Source of the DNA: a virus
Taxonomy: Duplodnaviria; Caudoviricetes
IMG/VR virus record: IMGVR_UViG_3300011868_000001
Coordinates: 160,001 to 224,000 of that record
Direction: 5' to 3' (one strand)
DNA length: 64,000 nt
The notes under the pieces were generated by a model. It searched no databases, was not told where the DNA came from, and saw only the letters and a list, made by a program, of their open reading frames with translations. Within the stretch, counting starts at the first letter, position 1, and each line of letters opens with the position of its first letter. Below, in pieces: positions 59,021-64,000 of the stretch. The translations under genes were made by a program, and so were the position numbers.

Positions 59021-59578
59021 ATGGACACGCACTTGTTGTGGGCGACGCCGGTGGCGCGGATCAATGTGGCTGATCAGTTCGACATGGCGGCCTGGGCTGA
59101 TGAAGTCTTTGCCATGTACACCATGACCAATGGCGAAGACGACCGGCAGCGGTTCATCGACCCGGATATCTTCCCCGTGATCCTGAAGATGCGTGATGAA
59201 GTCATCACCCCGGCGGTCAATGCCTTCTGCAAGGAACACTTCGGACAAGACATGGAGAAATTCTATGTCGAGACCAATGGCAAGTGGATCGTTGAAGGCG
59301 AAGGCCTCTACGCCCATCTGCATCCTGGCAGCGTGCTTTCGGCTATCTGCTATCCAGGTGACTCAGCCAATGGGTTGAACATGTTCGACCCCAGGCTCAA
59401 TGCCATGCGAGGCTACCCGAAACGGATGCGTAATCATCACTTTGCCAACTTCCGTATCAGCCCTAAGCAGGGGGATGTCTGGATCTTCCCGAGCTACGCG
59501 CAGCACAGTGTCTCGCACGTGACCGAGGAAGTCCGGCTGTCGCTGCTGCACGAATACTACATGACCGATAACCTGTAA
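59021..59578 (+). CDS. 2OG-Fe(II) oxygenase-like protein (HxH type)
   Basis: AHLHPGSVLSAICY...FDPR...GDVWIFPSYAQHSV...RLSL; GGAGG RBS. Confidence 0.8.
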   Translation: MDTHLLWATPVARINVADQFDMAAWADEVFAMYTMTNGEDDRQRFIDPDIFPVILKMRDEVITPAVNAFCKEHFGQDMEKFYVETNGKWIVEGEGLYAHLHPGSVLSAICYPGDSANGLNMFDPRLNAMRGYPKRMRNHHFANFRISPKQGDVWIFPSYAQHSVSHVTEEVRLSLLHEYYMTDNL

Positions 59579-59587
59579 GGATTTTCC

Positions 59588-60244
59588 ATGTCTGAACAAT
59601 ACCCTCTGTATCCAGGGGCTGATCGCGGCCAGTTCCGTGTAATGCGCCTACTGGACAACTCCGGTGTGCAATTGCGAGCCCATGCCCGCATCAAAGACGC
59701 AGTGGTATTCAACTACCTGTCAGCGATGCAGTACGCGATCATTGGTTACAGCCTGGAATGGTGGAAGGATGGTGACCCGGCACCGTATGACGGTGGTGAG
59801 GCCTTGCCGTATATCCCCAAAGGCCGGCCCAACCTGAACAAACTGTACTTTCGCGGCAAGACCACCCTGACCCCGAACATGCTGCACCTGGAAGATGCCA
59901 TCATCAACGACTTTCTCAACAGCAAGGCATTGGCAGATCCTATGTCACTGTGGTCGTATACCCAAGAGGCAGCTGAACAAGTTGCCAGTGCGGCTGAATG
60001 GCGTCCGTTGTTGAACAGTGCGTATTCGTTCGCCAACGCTGTCCATATCACTCGTCTGGCTGCCACACCCAGCTCGCCACTGACGATCGACAGTGAGGGG
60101 ATGCGGTTTGATTATCGCCGCACCAGTAGCCCCGATCAGGTCTTCAGTACCATCCTGCGGGACTACAAATTCGAGAAGCTCCGAGACTGCTATCCGGCAA
60201 TGCTCGAACTCATTGAGAGTGAACAAAATGGCAGCAACCGTTAA
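59588..60244 (+). CDS. hypothetical protein of the rSAM island
   Basis: 218-aa ORF, AAGGA RBS. Confidence 0.7.
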   Translation: MSEQYPLYPGADRGQFRVMRLLDNSGVQLRAHARIKDAVVFNYLSAMQYAIIGYSLEWWKDGDPAPYDGGEALPYIPKGRPNLNKLYFRGKTTLTPNMLHLEDAIINDFLNSKALADPMSLWSYTQEAAEQVASAAEWRPLLNSAYSFANAVHITRLAATPSSPLTIDSEGMRFDYRRTSSPDQVFSTILRDYKFEKLRDCYPAMLELIESEQNGSNR

Positions 60245-60941
60245 CCAACTGAAAGAACTGCAGCGTGGACTGAAAGCTATGGGCCTGTACGCCGGCAACA
60301 TCGATGGTGCCTGGGGTCAACTGAGCCATGGGGCATTCATGAACGCCCGACGCATGACCGAGAAGCAGCGTAAGGATGCTGTTGCCCGTCTGGGCATCGA
60401 TCCGATCCTCCTCGCCTACTGTAATTCAACGGCCTGGTCGGAGAAGGTCAGTGCTCAATTCGTTGAGTCGGTCAAACTCATGGTCGCCAACCTGGGCATG
60501 CCTGCCTCGGGGGCTGACGACATGATGGCCTGCATGGCATGGGAAACGGGTGAGTCGTTCCGTCCCGATATCAAAAATGGTGCAGGTTCGGGTGCAGTCG
60601 GCCTGATCCAGTTCATGCCTGCCACCGCCAAGGCCCTGGGTACCAGCACCGACGCGCTGGCGAAGATGACGGCTGAAGAGCAGTTGATCTACGTCTACGA
60701 CTACTTCAAGCCGTACCGCAATCGCCTGAAGAACTTGGGCGACCTCTACATGGCCATCCTTTATCCCGTGGCGATTGGCAAACCGGATGACTACGTACTG
60801 TTCAAAGAAGGCACGGTAGCCTACACCCAGAACAGGGGGTTGGATATCAATAAGGACGGGAAAATCACCAAAGCTGAGTGTTGCGCAAAGGTGCAGCAAA
60901 AACTCGTAGCTGGCCTGCATCCTCGCATGCTGCGCGTTTAA
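60228..60941 (+). CDS. endolysin: peptidoglycan-binding domain plus lytic transglycosylase-like domain
   Basis: LQRGLKAMGLYAGNIDGAWG PG-binding motif; WETG..F.P..GSGAVGLIQFMPATA SLT-like motif; DINKDGKIT EF-hand-like loop. Confidence 0.85.
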   Translation: MAATVNQLKELQRGLKAMGLYAGNIDGAWGQLSHGAFMNARRMTEKQRKDAVARLGIDPILLAYCNSTAWSEKVSAQFVESVKLMVANLGMPASGADDMMACMAWETGESFRPDIKNGAGSGAVGLIQFMPATAKALGTSTDALAKMTAEEQLIYVYDYFKPYRNRLKNLGDLYMAILYPVAIGKPDDYVLFKEGTVAYTQNRGLDINKDGKITKAECCAKVQQKLVAGLHPRMLRV

Positions 60942-60968
60942 GCAAAAAAAAAAGAAAACGTTTGTAAA

Positions 60969-60999
60969 ACATACTCAGGGCCAATGGCCCTGAGTATGT
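60969..60999. terminator. bidirectional CATA/TATG hairpin terminator
   Basis: ACATACTCAGGGCC-AAT-GGCCCTGAGTATGT between convergent genes. Confidence 0.8.
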
Positions 61000-61004
61000 C
61001 CGCT

Positions 61005-61652
61005 TCATCGTTTGTAGTCACGATTCGCTTGTCGCTTAGTAGCTGTCTCCTCAATAGACCATCCGTTATTTAAACGGTAGGCAACTGTATTGGGGTCAAG
61101 TCCTATCAACTCAGCAAATGATGCCAATGTCATTTCAACCCCTTCATAGATCACCGTTCTGTTACTCGAACGATTGTTGGCCTGTACCTTTTCTGTGACC
61201 CAGCGGCAATTACCTGGCTCATAACCACCGTCGTTATCGCGCCGATCAATGCTCAATTCATCACTATATCCAGACGACATAGCCCATTGCTCGAACGCTT
61301 GAAAGCTATTAGCCCATTCGGCACAGACATGAATGCCGCGACCACCATAGCGATCGTAGGCGCCATGTGTTTCTAAATCGCAGCGGCGATTCATCGCTGC
61401 CCAGATACGGTACAGGCGCGTTTGACCGCCGTTGGCTGCATGGCCGTGTATGGTTGCCTTTTGACGAGATACTTCTCTACGATGACATCCACATGACTTA
61501 CTGTCACCACGTTTAACCGAATGTGCGGCGAGAGTCGTTACCTGTCCACAATCGCATTGAAATTTCCAGTATGCGTTCTTCTGATGCGAGTGTGAAAATT
61601 CGAGCGCCACGAGTTTGTTGTAGCGATTTCCTTTTATGTCTGCAATTGCCAT
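61005..61652 (-). CDS. free-standing HNH homing endonuclease
   Basis: CDCG...SCGC; YGGRGI.VC.EW; SIDRRDNDGGYEPGNCRW...QANN; lower GC than neighbouring genes. Confidence 0.85.
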   Translation of the reverse strand: MAIADIKGNRYNKLVALEFSHSHQKNAYWKFQCDCGQVTTLAAHSVKRGDSKSCGCHRREVSRQKATIHGHAANGGQTRLYRIWAAMNRRCDLETHGAYDRYGGRGIHVCAEWANSFQAFEQWAMSSGYSDELSIDRRDNDGGYEPGNCRWVTEKVQANNRSSNRTVIYEGVEMTLASFAELIGLDPNTVAYRLNNGWSIEETATKRQANRDYKR

Positions 61653-61683
61653 GGAACACCTACTGAGAAAAATTAAATGGAGC

Positions 61684-61712
61684 AGAGGCGCCCTAGGGCG
61701 CCTCTCTATGCC
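61684..61712. terminator. hairpin terminator
   Basis: AGAGGCGCCC-TA-GGGCGCCTCT-CTATGCC. Confidence 0.6.
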
Positions 61713-61721
61713 GTCGAGTCA

Positions 61722-62093
61722 TTACCGGCCAGCGGCGAATGCCAACCGACCCATCATCGACATGATTTCTTCATTGGTGAATATAGCAAATGCGTACTTG
61801 CCAGATGCCGCTGTCATGCCATGAAAGTCATCGTAGTCGCTGTTCGTATGGATGTAGTTGAAATCCAGTTTAAGCTCAGCCTTCTCTTTCAGTGACCGGT
61901 CCAGGGTTGTGAAGTACGAATCTTCTTCTTCATCGGTTTCGAAATAGACGGGGGACAGTACCTGAAACATCCAGTCTCCATTAGCCACCATAGACCGTTT
62001 AATTTCAAACTCACCAAAGATTCCGGCATGATGCCGGCAGTAAAGAGTCCCTTCTGGTAACGAGCAGAATTCGCCGTAGGAGACAATGCGCAT
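61722..62093 (-). CDS. hypothetical protein
   Basis: 123-aa ORF, AAGGA RBS. Confidence 0.75.
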   Translation of the reverse strand: MRIVSYGEFCSLPEGTLYCRHHAGIFGEFEIKRSMVANGDWMFQVLSPVYFETDEEEDSYFTTLDRSLKEKAELKLDFNYIHTNSDYDDFHGMTAASGKYAFAIFTNEEIMSMMGRLAFAAGR

Positions 62094-62107
62094 GAGGTAG
62101 TCCTTAC

Positions 62108-62242
62108 TTACTTAGCCTTACGGACGAAGGTCTTACCGAACACTGTGAAGCGGTCAGGTAGCGATTTGACGATCTTGTGGCCGATCACACCGCCTACAAC
62201 AGCGGCACCAACACAGACAGCAGCAAAGGTAGCGTTATTCAT
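62108..62242 (-). CDS. 44-aa membrane peptide (MNNATFAAVCVGAAVVGGVIGHKIVK...)
   Basis: Read by hand; AGGA RBS; TM segment plus basic tail. Confidence 0.7.
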   Translation of the reverse strand: MNNATFAAVCVGAAVVGGVIGHKIVKSLPDRFTVFGKTFVRKAK

Positions 62243-62257
62243 GAGTCAGATTCCTAA

Positions 62258-62422
62258 TCAGTTAGCCAACAGGGCTTCGAGGTGATTGATTTTGGCTTCG
62301 TAGGCCAGGGCTTGTTTGCTGCGCACGCCATAGACGCGCATGGCGTGGGCGAACATGTGAGTGGCATGCGCCAGCTCCGACTGGAGGGCGCGGGTCTTGG
62401 TACCGAACAGTTTATTAAACAT
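62258..62422 (-). CDS. 54-aa hypothetical protein (MFNKLFGTKTRALQSEL...)
   Basis: Read by hand; AGGAGG RBS. Confidence 0.7.
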   Translation of the reverse strand: MFNKLFGTKTRALQSELAHATHMFAHAMRVYGVRSKQALAYEAKINHLEALLAN

Positions 62423-62447
62423 GATGCGCCCTCCTGTGGGCTAGGGT

Positions 62448-62948
62448 TTATCTGCGCTGGGCGAAGATGGACAAGCCACGACCCAGTATCGAGATACCGA
62501 TGCTGACACGGCTTTCTTCTTGACGCTGTTTAGGTTCACGGCGATAACCGCTGAGGGCTCGGTCTTGGGCCAAGGGCAGGTCGGTCAGATGCCGTGGTGC
62601 AGGTTCTTCAATCTCTTCAAGCGCCAACACCCGTGCTTCACGTACTTCGCTCTTCTGGGTCAGGACAATGAATTCATCATTGACATAGAACCCCCGCAGG
62701 CCGAGAAGATACGCGGCCGCCTTGGCCAGATCGCGATGAGCTTTCGAGAACTCTTTGAATTCAGTGCTCAGCCAGACACGTTCACGATCACCGTCCGCAA
62801 CGACCACTTCCAAATCAAAGCGGTCGCCTTTACGCTTGAACTCCACCTCGTCCCTGTGACTCCATTTCACTTTACGACCATCACGGATGGTGCCGGTGCT
62901 GGCGAGGGCTTTGTGACGCTCTTTGATGCTGACTTCGATAACTTTCAT
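62448..62948 (-). CDS. hypothetical protein
   Basis: 166-aa ORF, AAGGAG RBS. Confidence 0.75.
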   Translation of the reverse strand: MKVIEVSIKERHKALASTGTIRDGRKVKWSHRDEVEFKRKGDRFDLEVVVADGDRERVWLSTEFKEFSKAHRDLAKAAAYLLGLRGFYVNDEFIVLTQKSEVREARVLALEEIEEPAPRHLTDLPLAQDRALSGYRREPKQRQEESRVSIGISILGRGLSIFAQRR

Positions 62949-63050
62949 GGTGATCTCCTTAAGATCTAGGGTATGGGTGCAACGGTGGACAGGTTGTTAA
63001 GGATCAAGAAGCTCATGAAGATGACGCCCAGTCCGACGTAGTACTGTGCC

Positions 63051-63344
63051 TTACTCACCGAAGTGCTTCTTCAGGGCATCTTCGATCAGGTGGTACGTTA
63101 GCATAGTGGGCTCGACCACCCGCACAGGCAGGTAGTCGAACTTCACGCCGTCGTCGTGCATGAAACGGTAGTAACCTTCAGCCTTGATCAGCGCCTTGGC
63201 TTGTTCGACACTGACGCCGTCGCTAAAGCGCGCCAGTTCCCAGTGGATGCCGTACTTGGTCTGCCGGCGGAAGAAGAAATGACCATCAGCATCGTGCAGG
63301 TCGTTGAGGGTTTGTTCATGGGTGTAGCGATGAGCAATTTTCAT
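63051..63344 (-). CDS. hypothetical protein
   Basis: 97-aa ORF, GGAG RBS. Confidence 0.75.
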   Translation of the reverse strand: MKIAHRYTHEQTLNDLHDADGHFFFRRQTKYGIHWELARFSDGVSVEQAKALIKAEGYYRFMHDDGVKFDYLPVRVVEPTMLTYHLIEDALKKHFGE

Positions 63345-63374
63345 GGCGTACTCCGATCGTACTGGAGAGAAGGG

Positions 63375-63629
63375 TCAACCCAGATAGGTCATCATGTCGT
63401 TGTGGAACTGCTCGCCCAACTCCGGATGGCGTTGAGTGACTTGCATGCACTTGACAAAGGTGCCCATCGGGGTGCGGTAGTAGAAGTCTTTCAGGAATTG
63501 AACCACCGGGATCTTCTTGACATTGATCAGGGCTGCCGAGACGAACATTGGCTCGCCCTTGACATCGATCTCAGTGTAGAAGGGGAATTCCATCATTGCG
63601 CCAATGGCGCTCACGTTCATGTTAGTCAT
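63375..63629 (-). CDS. hypothetical protein
   Basis: 84-aa ORF, GGAGG RBS. Confidence 0.75.
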   Translation of the reverse strand: MTNMNVSAIGAMMEFPFYTEIDVKGEPMFVSAALINVKKIPVVQFLKDFYYRTPMGTFVKCMQVTQRHPELGEQFHNDMMTYLG

Positions 63630-63713
63630 GCTGATGCCTCCATTGGCATGTTGGGGTAAGACAAGTTAGATCACGTAGAGGCTCTTGGGTAAGAGCCTCC
63701 AGGTTGATACAAC

Positions 63714-63818
63714 TTAGCTGTTCAGAACCTTCTGACGCAGCTTGGAGTGGTTGTATTTATCGAGGACGATGTTGGCCACGACGATGACAGCAACGGCGGT
63801 AACGACACGTGCAAACAT
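63714..63818 (-). CDS. 34-aa membrane peptide (MFARVVTAVAVIVVANIVLDKYNHSKLRQKVLNS)
   Basis: Read by hand; AAGGAG RBS; TM segment plus basic tail. Confidence 0.65.
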   Translation of the reverse strand: MFARVVTAVAVIVVANIVLDKYNHSKLRQKVLNS

Positions 63819-63957
63819 GGTAAAGCTCCTTAAGCTTAAGGGGATGATGGGGGCCAGTTGCCTAGCCCCGGATGGATCACTTGTTGCTGGTCAGGATGCT
63901 GAAGATCTTGACCAGGTCTTCGCCGGACAGCGAACCGTTCGGTATCACTTCGCAGAG

Positions 63958-64000
63958 CAGGTAGATTATTCTTCCTACTCACTGGTACTATGTATCGTTG
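63958..64000 (-). promoter_or_regulatory. putative early promoter, copy 4, with leader hairpin (truncated by window edge)
   Basis: CAACGATACAT-AGTACCAG-TGAGTA...; 38/43 nt identical to 4644-4686. Confidence 0.7.

Noticed and set aside
48531-60244. Island as a 7-deazaguanine/queuosine or other DNA-modification pathway, or as anaerobic RNR activation
   Set aside because: No recognisable FolE, QueC, QueD, DpdA or NrdD genes; the rSAMs have SPASM-like tails and sit among tail genes. Not fully excluded without searches

Overview
This window looks like part of a phiKZ-like (Chimalliviridae-type) jumbo phage genome. Both ends carry small, probably early, minus-strand genes behind a repeated promoter-like motif (TACAT-N8-TGARTA). 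The core block encodes a prohead protease with S/A-x-E-processed head proteins, three split virion RNA polymerase subunits, a 2115-aa tail protein with a lytic transglycosylase domain, a RecA/UvsX-like ATPase, RNase H, probable spanins, SbcC, a baseplate spike plus PAAR-like tip, two NPH-repeat tail fibres, an endolysin and a free-standing HNH endonuclease. There are two highlights. (1) A ~11.7 kb island (48531-60244) sits between the tail fibres and the endolysin. It encodes six radical SAM enzymes with Cys-rich SPASM-like tails, three cupin/2OG-Fe(II) oxygenases and a 183-aa protein ending in CHTSCHSNCHCARGRR. It is a candidate phage-encoded, RiPP-like post-translational modification system, possibly acting on a virion protein. 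(2) A 396-nt ORF-less group I intron (15211-15606) splits the catalytic AD/FDGD motif of the RNAP beta' subunit. A NADAR-like protein and a family of CATA-hairpin-TATG terminator-like elements are also notable. phiKZ gp numbers are recalled from synteny and motifs, not from database searches.
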